A DNA stretch of 63,989 nt, the filler included, from Octopus bimaculoides (lineage: Eukaryota), in the NCBI RefSeq assembly GCF_001194135.2. It is 7 parts of 5 records of this genome, joined end to end, with 100 filler letters (N's around TTAATTAATTAA, not from the genome) between each part and the next. Parts side by side here need not be neighbours in the genome. Positions count along the whole stretch, not along the records: positions 23,587 to 32,575 come from NC_068981.1; positions 32,676 to 49,861 come from NC_068993.1; 5 more parts are not named here. The stretch is one strand, 5' to 3'. The notes under the pieces are model-generated. The model saw nothing but the letters and a program-made list of their open reading frames with translations. It had not been told where the DNA came from and searched no databases. Made by a program: the position numbers and the translations under genes. Shown in pieces: positions 25,821-40,066 of this stretch (positions are counted from its first letter, which is position 1; the number at the start of each line of letters is the position of its first letter).

Positions 25821-26385
25821 TTACATGTACACATTCATGTATATATATGTAAATAAATCAAAGTGTGTGCGTATACGTATCTGTGTTCAGATATATGTAT
25901 GTGTGTGTATGTATATATATATATATATAAGAATATGTAGTATATGTGTGTTGACACAAATACTCACGCACACGCATGCGCAAATAAGATGTAGTGCAGG
26001 AAATAAAAGATTTGGGAATATAACCGGTATATAGTGTTGTGATAATCGTATCTCTCGTAGAATATACTTCTTCAATATCTTTTTACGCATTCATATGTTT
26101 TAACGTGGATTTGGATACGATGGTAGTGTATCCATTCAGTTTACACACACACACACACACAGAGAAACACACAGACAAACACAGACACACACACAGACAC
26201 AAATACCAAATACATGTGAGAGTATGTTTGGGAGAGAAAATGTGTACGTGAATGGATGCATGTACGGATATAGAATGTTATACATCTAAAGAGATGCAGG
26301 GAAAACACGACTTGCATATTCTCAAAAGGGTAACCAAATCCATGACTAGTTGTAACTGGATGTTGCTTATGTCAAAAGTCATACA

Positions 26386-26429
<44 letters not shown>

Positions 26430-26798
26430 NNNNNNNNNNNNNNNNNNNNNNNNNNNNNNNNNNNNNNNNNNNNNNNNNNNNNNNNNNNNNNNNNNNNNNN
26501 NNNNNNNNNNNNNNNNNNNNNNNNNNNNNNNNNNNNNNNNNNNNNNNNNNNNNNNNNNNNNNNNNNNNNNNNNNNNNNNNNNNNNNNNNNNNNNNNNNNN
26601 NNNNNNNNNNNNNNNNNNNNNNNNNNNNNNNNNNNNNNNNNNNNNNNNNNNNNNNNNNNNNNNNNNNNNNNNNNNNNNNNNNNNNNNNNNNNNNNNNNNN
26701 NNNNNNNNNNNNNNNNNNNNNNNNNNNNNNNNNNNNNNNNNNNNNNNNNNNNNNNNNNNNNNNNNNNNNNNNNNNNNNNATATATATATATATATATA

Positions 26799-26830
<32 letters not shown>

Positions 26831-26831
26831 G

Positions 26832-26863
<32 letters not shown>

Positions 26864-26902
26864 TTATATACATATATATTTATATATATTTGTACTTATA
26901 TA

Positions 26903-26937
<35 letters not shown>

Positions 26938-27840
26938 AGACTCTCATATGCACATGTAATGAATACTGCACACACACACACACACATGTATGTGAATATA
27001 TTACATACACACATATGTATATGTTCGATGCCGGGGATATTGATTTTGTTGCTATGTGTACTTTTTACCGTTTTTTTGTTTGTTTGTTACAGTTTTGTGT
27101 TGTTTTTCTCGTTTCAATGGTGTTTCCCAGGTATTCATTGTACATTATTGTTATCAGGCATGTAATTTCCATTGATGTTGCTTGTTTTTATATACCCACT
27201 ACTGTTGTTTAACATTATTCTAATCGCTCATTATGTGTGTGTGTATGTGTGTGTATTCACAAAGGTGAATACGTATTTGAAATCTCGGAAACCGTAGGCC
27301 ATAATTTCTGTCTCCAAAGAAACTATTGCCTTCAGATCTTGGAAAATGACTCTTCCGGGGTTTTTCGTAAGGTATCACTGAACTGAGGACAAACACTATA
27401 ATCTATATTTTGCCGTTCAATCCCTGCAGTGCATGTGTGTGAGTGTGTGTGTGTAGCAATATATGCGTATATGTAACTATATATATGTGTGTGTGTATAA
27501 GCATTTATACATGCATGTGTGTACGTGTGTGTATATCTTTGTCTAAATGTCAATATTACTATGAATCTGTTCAGTCCTTTTATGTTTTGTCCATGTTTAT
27601 GTTATTTACTCTGTGCCATATTCTGGTCGTCGTAGCAAAAATTTGCATTGTATGCTCTTCTGTTATATCATGTTTTGTTTGTGTATATTCTAACCGAGTG
27701 CTTAGAAATTCTTTTCGTCCGCTATGATTATTATGCCTTTCCATTTTTAATCTTCTATTACATCATAGTATATGTTATTATATTATTTTTGTGACTGCTT
27801 TATTATTTCTTATTAATATTTTCTGAAGGATACCCATCTG

Positions 27841-27923
<83 letters not shown>

Positions 27924-28277
27924 GTCTGTCTGTCTGTCTATCAAGACTTCTTTCTACCTACAAATTCTCTCTCTNNNNNNNNNNNNNNNNNNNNNNNNNN
28001 NNNNNNNNNNNNNNNNNNNNNNNNNNNNNNNNNNNNNNNNNNNNNNNNNNNNNNNNNNNNNNNNNNNNNNNNNNNNNNNNNNNNNNNNNNNNNNNNNNNN
28101 NNNNNNNNNNNNNNNNNNNNNNNNNNNNNNNNNNNNNNNNNNNNNNNNNNNNNNNNNNNNNNNNNNNNNNNNNATATATATATATATATATATATATAAC
28201 TATATACATACACACACGCATGCATTTATATATTCTTACATAAACCTACAACCACCACTTTTATATATTTGCGTGTA

Positions 28278-28320
<43 letters not shown>

Positions 28321-29268
28321 CAACACTATCAGAATGCATGAGTTACAACATTGATAAAGCAGAGATCAACCAGACAGAAATGTGTCGCTTGCGTCCTAGA
28401 CACTGCTTAACTCTCGACGAATAAGCTTACGTTGCGTTAAGTTGATAATGTTGGTGACACAAAGGTGAGGTATCATCAAGTTAGTTCTTTGTCTTGCTGT
28501 GCTGACAAACTTACAACGATCTCTCTCGAAAGGGGAGATTATCTGCAGTCTGTATTACCTTTTCTTATATAATTATGCAGCTCTCCGTGACATTTGTCAA
28601 TTCATGTGTTACGTTTTAAAAAAAAAAAACTGTATCAAAATAATAATAAGAGAATTCATATAACTAATAAAAATTTCTGAGTTGCTATTTCATAAATGTT
28701 ACTAGCTTGAAAAGTTACCATTTTATATATGTTTATAGCTTGAAAGGAAGTAACTATTGTGATAGAAGATCTTTATTTTGTGTATTCGAATCTAAAAGGT
28801 ATACAAATGTAGTAACGAAATTTTTGTATGTCCAAATACAAGTAATAGAATGATAAGTACATATTTATAACATTATAAATTTAATCCTGAGAATTACGTT
28901 GTAAATAATATTCAATATCACAAAAATGGACAACGTACCAAAACCTCCTGTGAGAGGAATCGAATCACGTAACTATCACTTGATCGTAAACTACATCTCC
29001 GACTGTCCTAAATGGACACTGCCATTCGCAATATTCTAATTCAATGCTATAAAACTTTTTTTCTGTCATTCAATTATTTGAAAATAGAAGATAAAAAACG
29101 ATAGATACGCGTTTTATCTTCCGTCAATGGGCCTCCTGTTCTTTCCTGTCACAAATTGGTGCTTACAACGTCTAATGCAATTCACATACATCACATTCTA
29201 GACATTTCTTCATAAATAATAGGATACATTTCGACAAATATATCATATTTGATTTCCGCTCACATTAC

Positions 29269-29347
29269 CTCTACGAATACAGCTGTTGAGAAATTCACGA
29301 GTATCAGTCTTGTAATTTTTACTTGTGAGATCTTCACAGAATTGTAA
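29269..29347 (-). CDS. Candidate isolated internal exon (LQFCEDLTSKNYKTDTREFLNSCIRR)
   Basis: Acceptor CCTTTACTCTAG, donor GAG|GTAATG, open frame, phase 0 to 1; no partner exon found. Confidence 0.25.
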
Positions 29348-30039
29348 CTAGAGTAAAGGTATTAATAAGTTCAGGCTAGCATCTTTAGACATTGTTTACG
29401 TTATATGGCTACAGTTCATGTGTGAGAGAAATTCACTCCTGAACTTTAGTCATTTCGTTCAAAAACTATAACTGTAGTTACTCTAGCTATTTTCTTTGTT
29501 TTCGTTCTGCTATGGTATCGTGTCATTTGTTTTTCTCTTACTACAAAAGTCCGTTTAACATTAATGCTGTACGATTGGTTAAATCATTAGAAAGTCGGAC
29601 AAACTGCTTTACAAAATTTGTTCCAGCTCCTTACGATCTGAATTCAAATATCACCGAAGTCACTTTTCATTCACTTCTCTCCAGGGTCGATAGAATAACG
29701 TACCAGTCAAGTACTGGCTCAATTTAATCGGGCATATGCCTTCCCTATAAATTCCTTGTCTTGTGCTAATTGTGGAAATTGTTTTCATGCACAATAACTG
29801 CAGAATTAAACTCTGTTCCTTTAAGTCTTCGTTTCAAAACACAACGTGGCCGGTGTTACCTTTCTCCTGGAATCGAGGACGAGTGTACTAGTGAAATATT
29901 GACTCTAGTTCAATCGTAAAATACAAGACTCTATCACTCTAAGGTTCGATACTTGCGACAGGAAATAACTTCATGAATTAGTTTATGCATAAACATCTGG
30001 ATATCAATAAAATAATTACAGATCAAATATTCTTTTCTA

Positions 30040-30190
30040 CTCTAGGCACAAGGCCTGTAATTTTTTGGGAGGCGGATGGCTATTCCATTAGATCGACCCC
30101 AGTACGTAACTGGTACTTAATTTATCGACCACGAAAGAATGAAAGGCAAAGTCGAACTCGGCGAAATTTGAACTCAGAACGTAAAGACAG
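30040..30190 (-). mobile_element. SINE family C
   Basis: Reverse of TTCTGAGTTCAAATTTCGCCGAGTTCGACTTTGCCTTTCATTC..GTCGATAAATTAAGTACCAGTTACGTACTGGGGTCGAT. Confidence 0.75.
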
Positions 30191-31604
30191 ACGAAATAAT
30201 AACTGATCAAATATTAATATATATTTAATCGAATTCTCTCGTTTCACTCCCCATTATCGCCGTAATTCCTTCAACATAGTGTGTGCCTTTGTGACAAAGT
30301 TAAACATCCTTATCAAAATACAGTGGTGGTGGAGAAGGACAAATATTTTGTAGTTTTTATTTACGTATCATTAAGTTCCAAGGTTCGAATCACACAGTGA
30401 TTCATTCTACTTTGTAATCAACAAAGGAATTCACAAACTACCAATATTGTACTCTGAATGAATTCAATCAAATGTACTCTCTATTTTTCATAATCTTTAT
30501 AAAAACCCTATAAAACACGGGGGAAACCACATTTAAATTTCTATTTTGCTTCAAACCTAAAATTCATTTCTAAATTATTCTAAATGAGTCTATGTCATTC
30601 CGACCAACTTCAAGTTTTATAATTTGCCCATTTATACACAAAAATCTATTTCTTCCATTATCTCGCCTTCCTTGTCTTTCTGTTATACTTCCTTCCACTC
30701 TATTTCCTTCAATTCTCTTTTTTCCTTTTATGTCTTCCTATTTCTGATTCTGTGATGATGTCGTTACGTTAATATCCATCTGTACTTAATGTTAGCGACT
30801 TTATCTTGCTTCACATGTCTGGAATATTGGCATTCTTCGTGTAATGCCTTTAGAATCCGTTTCATTAACTTGACATCAAAAAGCATATTTCACAAATGTA
30901 TCATTCGTTACAGACTAGATAGACTTCTATATTTCTAATGCATTTTAAAAAATGTATTATATAAAAACGACGACGGAGAGTAAAAACAGGAAAAAGTGCA
31001 GATGGGAGAGCCATGAGAGTGGATTAAATGCAGCATTTGTCTTTTATATTTGCCGAGTTGACAGAGAAATAAAAAGCGAAAAATCTTGTGACAGTATAAA
31101 ATTGGTAGTTCTCTCCTAACATTTTAACCTCTTCCACAATATTTAGAATTTTTATATTTGCTATTTTTCTTTCAGTCATTTCACTGTGGTCATGCTAGCG
31201 CACTGCTTTTAAAGGTTTTAGATGTACCGACCCACACCTCGTCCCTCAGTAGTTTTAAGTCTGGTGCTGATTCTATCGTTATCTATTGCCGATCTGTTAT
31301 GATAGGGGAAGTAAACAAAGCAACGGTTGTCAAGCTGTGGGTGGAAGACAAATACAGAAATAAAGACACACACACACACACTTATATAGACCGGGCAGCG
31401 CGTTGTGTTCTTGAGCAAAACATTTCATCTCATGTTGCCCTGCGATCATTTTCGACACTGTTCAGGCAATTTGGTGGAGGGAGTGATCAAATGTATGGCA
31501 CATACATTTGATCACACTATAAAAAAATTTGTGCAGGTCGTTCGGAAAAAGCCGAAAACTCGAACGTCGTCTTCAATGGGAGAATCTATTCTATATATAT
31601 ATAG

Positions 31605-31800
31605 CTATTCTTTCATTTGTTTCAGTCATTTGACTGCAGCCATGCTGGAGCACCGTCTTTTGTCGAACCGAACAAATCGACTTATTCATTGGAAGCCTAG
31701 TACACATCCTATCGACCTCTTTTGTCAAGCCGCAAATTTACGGGGACGCAAAGACACCAACATCGGTTGTCAAGTGATAGTGGGGAACAAAACACAGACA
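31605..31800 (-). mobile_element. SINE family B tail
   Basis: TTTCAGTCATTTGACTGCAGCCATGCTGGAGCACCG..GGTTGTCAAG. Confidence 0.75.
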
Positions 31801-31809
31801 CACAAACAT

Positions 31810-31844
<35 letters not shown>

Positions 31845-32071
31845 TTCCATTATTTCAAATTCTATGTACTAGAATTTTAAGGATATTCATAGCTCTTTTA
31901 CACCACAAACGCAAACGCTAAGACACTCTTCAGCATAATTCCAATGCTGGAATAAGGAGTTGGGGTATATACACACACACACACACACACACACATACTC
32001 AGAGAGAGAGAGAGTGAGGGAGAGAGAGATAGAGAGAGAGAGAGAGAGAAAGAAAGAAAGAGAGAGAGAGC

Positions 32072-32122
<51 letters not shown>

Positions 32123-32478
32123 GGAGAGAAAATGAGAGAGAAAGAGATTTACAAACGTAGACTTGCTAATTAATCTTTACAAATTCAGAAAGTGTTTAAT
32201 TACTTGCCGTCTCTGAGAAGATTCGGAGAGATGGATTTTCGTGTAAAGTATAGATCATTAAATATACTCAAATTTTTGTGTTTGCCGTTGCTTTTGTTGT
32301 CTTTCTTCGCCTTGTCGTGTCTCATATTCTATCATTTATAATTACAAACACACACACAAACACACACACACATATATAAATATACATGACATGATCTATG
32401 ACATATGAATATGTGTGTATATATACTTGCGTACATGTGTATATATATATATGTGTGCGTGAGTGTGTTTGTGTGTAT

Positions 32479-32575
<97 letters not shown>

Positions 32576-32675
32576 NNNNNNNNNNNNNNNNNNNNNNNNN
32601 NNNNNNNNNNNNNNNNNNNTTAATTAATTAANNNNNNNNNNNNNNNNNNNNNNNNNNNNNNNNNNNNNNNNNNNN
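32576..32675. other. Artificial scaffolding spacer
   Basis: 44N+TTAATTAATTAA+44N. Confidence 0.95.
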
Positions 32676-32678
32676 GAC

Positions 32679-32734
<56 letters not shown>

Positions 32735-32814
32735 GGAGTCAGAGACACAGAGAGAGAGACGGAGTGAGAAAGAGAGATATGTATGTACGCATGCACGTAT
32801 GTATGTATGTATGT

Positions 32815-33400
32815 AAATACTTCATCCAAAAGTACCATGTGGTTGTCTGTCGAGAAATTTCTTGCATGTTTATCCTACATGTACAATTTTGTAATTTCTA
32901 TTAATAAAAGAAGCATGTGTATGGGTAGAGAAATAATACAAAACCTTTTTCGAACTTCCTGTTTTTTTTAACTCCTTCTCTCGCTAGAAACCATCAAGGT
33001 GCTTGAAAAAGTGGTAATCGGTAAGAAAAAGGTCTGGGGAATAAGTTGGGTGGGGAAGAACTTCGTAGCCAAGTTCCCTCAACTTCTAGAGCGTCATTAG
33101 TGAAACGTGTGCTCAAGTATTGTCATGAAGAATGATTGACCGCTTCTGTTGACCAGTCTGAGACGCAGGTGTAGCAGTATTTCGTTTATTTTCGTAATTT
33201 CATGGCAATATGTTTCTGCAGTAATGGTTTTTAAGAAGTTATAGTGGATGAGTCCAGCAGTACACCACCAGTCAGCATAACCTTCTTTTTGAAGATCTCG
33301 GGTTTAGGGAAGGTTTTCGGTGTTTCATTTTTATCCAACCACTACGAAGAACGTTTTTTTGTTATTGTACAGAATCCACTTTTCATCGCCAGAACTCAAC
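32815..33400 (-). pseudogene. Mariner transposase relic (Hsmar1/SETMAR-like DD34D)
   Basis: GDEKWILYNN..WLDKNETPKTFPKP..GLIHYNFL..IILHDN..KLRELGYEVLPHPTYSPDLFLTDYHFFKHLDGF*, with stops and frameshifts. Confidence 0.9.
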
Positions 33401-33998
33401 TTGCCAGTCATCCGCTTTTCATGGTATGTGTAAGTGACCAAGATCACAATATTCCCTATAAACGAACACCCGGTCCGCTGCAGGATTTAAAGACAGTAAT
33501 TTTGAAGGTGGGGGTGCCAGTTAATGACATCAACCCCAGCAGTTAACTGAGACATTTTTATCGATCACGAAGAGAAAAGAAAACAAATTTGACATCAGTG
33601 GGATTTGAACTCCAAACGTTATGAGCTCCGAAAGATTCGAGATTGTGATTTCGATTCGCAGACAGATTGGTGCGTTGTATTCTTGTACAGATCATTACAT
33701 TTCACGTTGCTCTGCTGTCACTTCGACATCCGACGTGCGACACAACGTGAACCTCTACAGACAACGTCGGTGTGATATTAGCCATGAGCTAATGTGTCAC
33801 AGGAACTTACGACCACTAGAAACAAATCATCTGTACAGGTTGTTCAGCAAGACATTGCGGGACACCCCCGTATGTCTTTTACTATGTTAAAGACCATAAT
33901 AAAAAAAAATACACACAGGTTCCACGTGAGGAAACAAAATTACATATTCAGTGAGCATTTCATTGGCTCGGTGTGAACATGGCCTATTACAGTATTAA

Positions 33999-34402
33999 TC
34001 TTTTACTCTTTTATTTGTTTCAGTCATTTGACTATGGCCATGCTGGAGCACCGCCTTTAGTCGAGCAAATCGACCCCGGGACTTATTCTTTGTAAGCCTA
34101 GTACTTATTCTATCGGTCTATTTTGCCGAACCGCTAAGTTACGGGGACAGAAACACACCAGCATTGGTTGTCAAGCAATGCTAGGGGGACAAACACAGAC
34201 ACACAAACACACACACATATACATATATATACATATATACGATGGGCTTCTTTCAGTTTCCATCTACCAAATCCACTCACAAGGCTTTGGTCGGCCCGAG
34301 GCTATAGTAGAAGACACTTGCCCAAAGTGCTACGCAGTGGGACTGAATCCGGAACCATGTGGTTGGTAAGCAAGCTACTTACCACACAGCCACTCCTGTG
34401 CC
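33999..34402 (-). mobile_element. Full-length SINE family B inserted into the left arm only
   Basis: Complete head, microsatellite and tail; absent at the homologous site (~43720-43745) of the right arm. Confidence 0.9.
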
Positions 34403-35289
34403 TATGTCGGTTTGGTAAATTGGAAGGTTTGTGCTTTGAAGGTGATGGTAATCTTAACAGCCTTTTGTCAATCAAATATTGAAAGTAATTCAATAATACA
34501 GAGCTTTATTTGTTATCCGAATGTATCATAAGAAGTAGGGACATGTGCCTAACAACATGAAGCTCAGAATGAATTATATAAAGAAATACACAACAAGAGC
34601 AAACGTACATTAATAATATATTTCTTTAGTAAATAAGAGTTTCTTCACCGGATTTTCCAAAGATTATATCGTTGCTGGTAATATCTTCTCACTTGTAGGA
34701 TCTGGTGAAAGCGGTGGCAGAATCCAGTGTTCAAGATGCGTTAATATTTTATTAACATTTGCGAGACATCACTTACAGACTTACAGCGAAGACATGAGCT
34801 GGAATCAACATTGGCGGAGTATGAGCGGATAAGAAATGAATGAGTCCAGAGTATCTGAGTGAGCTTGACGCAAGATCAAGTAGAAATACTTGTAGGAGCG
34901 ATACTTCATGTCATTTTGAAGAGGAAGGAATGGGTATAGAGTAAAGTGAGCTGAATTCAACATGGTCAGGATATGAACGAATGAGAAGTGTGTGAGTCGA
35001 GAGTATCTGAGCGAACGTGACGCGAGATCAAGTAGCAGCGGTGGGCAGAGGCTGGAGAGTGGTTAGTGATTAGGTGCTAATCAAGCGAACGCCTGGGCGT
35101 GGCATAACACTGTCCCAGGTGTAGGAGCAATACTTCATGTCGATGAAACTTCAGGTTGAAGAGAGCAAGAATATGTTGGAGTATGGTGGGGATGATTCAT
35201 TTTCTGTCTTTGAATTAAAGGGTTATTGATTGGTGTTAAGTCCTAATTATGTTACCACAAAAGAACATAAGAGAGATGGCTGATTATAG

Positions 35290-35670
35290 CTAGGCCTAAT
35301 ACCTGGATCAACCATGGGAAATCCGGTTGAGTACACCTCATGTACAAAGAAGAAACATAATGAACTACTAGCAGAAATTCGAAACCAAACGACATGGTCT
35401 GTTGTGAAAGCAAGTGGTATTGTTTCACGACAATGCACACTCACATTCGCCTGCCCAAGCCCTTGAAATCACTGAAGAATTGGGTCTCCAGCTTTTGGAA
35501 TACTCTGCATAACATGCAGATCTCGTTCCTTCCGTTTATCAATTCTTTGGACTGCTCAAACATCCTTTAAGACGTCGTCGATGTGATAATGACGAGGATG
35601 TGCAGAACGCGCTGCATGGATACCTGTGCGATCAGCCGAAAAGCTTCTGAATTATCAAGTATGTGGATCC
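35290..35670 (+). pseudogene. Second mariner transposase relic (C-terminal catalytic part)
   Basis: LFHDNAHSH..EELGLQLLEYSA*HADLVPSVYQFFGLLKHPLRRRRCDNDEDVQNALHGYLCDQPKSF vs the HDNARPH..HPPYSPDLAPSDYHLFGPLK..F.NDEDV consensus. Confidence 0.8.
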
Positions 35671-36187
35671 TCCCAAAGTTGCCATATTGTAGGGTCGAAA
35701 ATGAGAACTTGTAGATGGTAAATGAACTTTTTAACCATTCGGCTGTAAAGTTTGTCTAGATGTAATAAAGATGTAATAAAGAGCGAAGAAAATCTTAACA
35801 GATAAAATGGAGTTGGCACTGAGATGATCCGAAGAGAAGCAATAATGAAGAACACAAATAAAAATTGAATATGGGTCCACAGAAACTCTACCCAGCATAA
35901 TCTAGGCACACGAAAGCAGCTAGAGAACAGAATATTTAGAATATTTGCTGATTTCCTCGCATTCACCTTCAAGCTCGCACACACTATTGATACTAAATAA
36001 ACTTAAAAAGGAAAGGGTGACCTCGGTGCAATTTGAACTCAGAATGTAGAGCGTCGGAAAAGTGAAAGAAAGTATTCTGCACAACATGCTCAACATTCCA
36101 CCAAACTACTACACGTGATATGTACTTACGATAATGAATTATTAAAGCTAAAGGTAATCGCGATTGGACTCCACTCTTTCTACCTGT

Positions 36188-36225
<38 letters not shown>

Positions 36226-37471
36226 NNNNNNNNNNNNNNNNNNNNNNNNNNNNNNNNNNNNNNNNNNNNNNNNNNNNNNNNNNNNNNNNNNNNNNNNNNN
36301 NNNNNNNNNNNNNNNNNNNNNNNNNNNNNNNNNNNNNNNNNNNNNNNNNNNNNNNNNNNNNNNNNNNNNNNNNNNNNNNNNNNNNNNNNNNNNNNNNNNN
36401 NNNNNNNNNNNNNNNNNNNNNNNNNNNNNNNNNNNNNNNNNNNNNNNNNNNNNNNNNNNNNNNNNNNNNNNNNNNNNNNNNNNNNNNNNNNNNNNNNNNN
36501 NNNNNNNNNNNNNNNNNNNNNNNNNNNNNNNNNNNNNNNNNNNNNNNNNNNNNNNNNNNNNNNNNNNNNNNNNNNNNNNNNNNNNNNNNNNNNNNNNNNN
36601 NNNNNNNNNNNNNNNNNNNNNNNNNNNNNNNNNNNNNNNNNATATATAATTATGTGTATTTCTTCTATCTTAATGAATAAAAATTCTTCTGATAAAATAA
36701 ATGGGTTAATAGAAACGTTCCGAACGTTCGTGTGTGCGGATGTGTGTATGTGTGTGTGCGTGTGTGTATAAATATGTATGAATGTGTGTATATAATTTTC
36801 CTCTTGTTCAAATTCCACCGAGGGAAACTTTGTCTTTCAGTCTTTCGTTAATTGTTAAGAGAGCATAAATAATGGGTGGTAGCCGGGTGGAATTTTATCA
36901 CAACGTAGCACTGATTGCTTTCCTGTACTTGCCTGAACGTTATACATTCTGAGTTCAAATTCCACAAGGTCAACTGGACCTTTAAGTCTTTCGAGATCGA
37001 TATAAAAAGTACCAGTCCTGAGCAATGAACTGGCTGAAACATAAGAACGCTGCACAGGATCCATTGCGTTCTTATTTCAAATCTCGTTGTTTCCTAGTCG
37101 GGTGGTAGAATTCATCCTCCGTTTAGCTTAACACATCATCCTCTGTTACATTGGGTAATTTCATCAGAGCGCACAATGTTAGAAGCATTCCTGCTAGGTC
37201 ATCGCTTTCAAGAAAACTTCATGTGTTTCAGAAAGAGCCCCTTTCAGAATATCAGGGGCGCTGCTTTCCCCATTGTGGGACAAAAAAAAAATGGAATAAA
37301 TGAAGTATAACATGAAATATAAGAAACATGAATGTAAAACGATAAACAACGGAAAGAGATTTCAAGTGGCTTTCTATGAAATTATTGTAAACATCCTGTT
37401 TCAGTTGCTTCTCCCAGTTTTATCGTTTTCATGTCAATATTTTGTAACTTAAATCACGAGACATTAACGAA

Positions 37472-37508
37472 TATAAATGCATATATTAAATACATAATAT
37501 TTCATATT
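37472..37508 (+). promoter_or_regulatory. Possible TATA box (37472-37478) and initiator (TCATATT, A at 37504)
   Basis: ~32-nt spacing, 87 nt upstream of ATG 37591; such motifs are common in AT-rich DNA. Confidence 0.25.
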
Positions 37509-37590
37509 TATATTAGCAACGAGAAACCATTTTGTTATTAAATTTCCCTGAAGGACTTGAGTCGAATTTTGAAGAAAGAAAAACAACGCT

Positions 37591-37684
37591 ATGGGAAGGA
37601 TAACGAACATCGTGATATTTTCACTTTTCGTGTTCTGTCAAGGAATATACGCAGCCGTTAATATTGAGACTAAAATAACGGAAG
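37591..37684 (+). CDS. Secreted-protein gene exon 1: signal peptide MGRITNIVIFSLFVFCQGIYA-AVNIETKITE
   Basis: ATGG start, basic n-region, hydrophobic core, small-residue cleavage region, consensus donor GAAG|GTGAGT, phase 1. Confidence 0.85.
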
Positions 37685-37981
37685 GTGAGTGTGTTATTTC
37701 AATTAGATATTTCACACACATTTATAACATGTTGACGATAATGATGATGATATGCTGTGCATGTATATGTGTGTGTGTGTGTGCGTATAACGTTCTGTTC
37801 TGTGACGGTAAACATGCAAATTATTATATATATGCATGTGTAAGCATGCAAACATATAAATAAATATATACAACTATACATACATGCGTAGGTATGTATG
37901 TACGTATGTACAAGTGAGTGGACGAATGAAAGTAAAAGGCACTGAAGGCGTTTAGTAAAACAGCTTGAATACCCCCGAGCA

Positions 37982-38139
37982 ACCTAAAGTTTCGCAGGCG
38001 TCTAACAGAAACCTAGCGCATTCAGGCAAGATTACTTTTTGACCAAACAGGGCAAGCCATTGAATTTCTATCTTTCGCCATTCGGTAATCTGTGCCTGAA
38101 CCCGCCAGGTTTTTGTTAGAAGCGTGCGAAACGTTAAGT
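37982..38139. repeat. Intronic inverted repeat, ~55-bp arms
   Basis: 37982-38035 vs reverse of 38085-38139, about 78% by eye. Confidence 0.7.
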
Positions 38140-38956
38140 CGTCTGGAACTGAATGAAACTGTCCTACATGACATGCTTCTGTCTATCTATGTATCTATAT
38201 ATATNNNNNNNNNNNNNNNNNNNNNNNNNNNNNNNNNNNNNNNNNNNNNNNNNNNNNNNNNNNNNNNNNNNNNNNNNNNATATATATCTGTCTATCTATC
38301 TATCTATCTACCTACCTATCTATCTATCTATCTATATATCTATCTATCTATCTATATATCTATCTATCCATCACTATATGTGTGTGCATGTGTGCGTGTG
38401 TGTATAAAATTAGAGATAGATCTAATTCTAAATTTATATATACTAAATCTATTTAGATGTATTTGTATGTGCAGTCGTATTTTCTCTAACCTTACACTCC
38501 AATCTCTTTCGCTGTCTCTTGTCCAATCCTCCAAAACGTTCCTCTTAGCCTTATCGATACATTCGTCTCTGTCAATCCCTAAGACCGTGTTCTGTTCATT
38601 TATTTCCTCTTTGTCCCCCGTCCGTCTACTCACAGTCTCGTCTTGAATCCTACTTATTTATATTTGTATGTCCACTTCTGTATTGCACATTTATTCATTT
38701 CTTGTTTATTCGTTCCTGAGCTGTTATGTTTGGTCCCATTTCGCGCCAGCTTCTTGTTGGTACCATCAGAATTGAATCAATATTACCGTAAGGCGCGAAA
38801 TTGCGATTGACCCTTTGGCAGAAAACTAATGAGGAATTGGTGACTTTCTGTGTCGGTTTTCTGTTTGCTTGTGCATGTATTGTTTTAAACTTACACAAAC
38901 ACAAACACACATTTACATACATATATACATGCATACATGCATGTATACATACGTAC

Positions 38957-39009
<53 letters not shown>

Positions 39010-39607
39010 CNNNNNNNNNNNNNNNNNNNNNNNNNNNNNNNNNNNNNNNNNNNNNNNNNNNNNNNNNNNNNNNNNNNNNNNNNNNNNNNNNNNNNNNNNN
39101 NNNNNNNNNNNNNNNNNNNNNNNNNNNNNNNNNNNNNNNNNNNNNNNNNNNNNNNNNNNNNNNNNNNNNNNNNNNNNNNNNNNNNNNNNNNNNNNNNNNN
39201 NNNNNNNNNNNNNNNNNNNNNNNNNNNNNNNNNNNNNNNNNNNNNNNNNNNNNNNNNNNNNNNNNNNNNNNNNNNNNNNNNNNNNNNNNNNNNNNNNNNN
39301 NNNNNNNNNNNNNNNNNNNNNNNNNNNNNNNNNNNNNNNNNNNNNNNNNNNNNNNNNNNNNNNNNNNNNNNNNNNNNNNNNNNNNNNNNNNNNNNNNNNN
39401 NNNNNNNNNNNNNNNNNNNNNNNNNNNNNNNNNNNNNNNNNNNNNNNNNNNNNNNNNNNNNNNNNNNNNNNNNNNNNNNNNNNNNNNNNNNNNNNNNNNN
39501 NNNNNNNNNNNNNNNNNNNNNNNNNNNNNNNNNNNNNNNNNNNNNNNNNNNNNNNNNNNNNNNNNNNNNNNNNNNNATATATATATATATATATATATAC
39601 ATTGGTG

Positions 39608-39674
<67 letters not shown>

Positions 39675-40066
39675 GTCTGTGTGTATCTTTGGGTTTGTGC
39701 TCTTAGTTGTGTTATTAACCGACCAAATCTTGATAACTAGTGTTCACTTGTTTATGTCCCAATAGCATAACAATTCCGCATAAGACACCGGTAGAGAAGT
39801 TTCACGATTAATAGTAAGCACTGGGGTGGATTTCACTCACTAAACTTTTCATGGTGGCTTGGGGGGCATCGCTTGGGAGCATCGCTGCAGTTCAATGAAT
39901 GAAAACTAGTGAAGATTAGAGATAAAAGATTCATTTTTGCGTGTCCGCTGCGTGAGTAGGTGCGAGTTAGCATGTGTTTATATACGTGTGCATCTCCTTA
40001 CACATGATGCTATCACGTAATACAGTGACATATTTATGCATTTATTTCCATTCGTTTTGTTTACAG

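Larger units (their letters stand above)
33633..35672 (+). repeat. Left arm of an old inverted duplication (partner ~42870-44075)
   Basis: Collinear by eye across SINE-A body, AT-rich spacer (34445-34640), 34640-34960 block and mariner tail; about 80-85% identical. Confidence 0.85.

Noticed and set aside
33244-33546. 100-aa + strand ORF
   Set aside because: Antisense shadow of the mariner relic and a SINE fragment.
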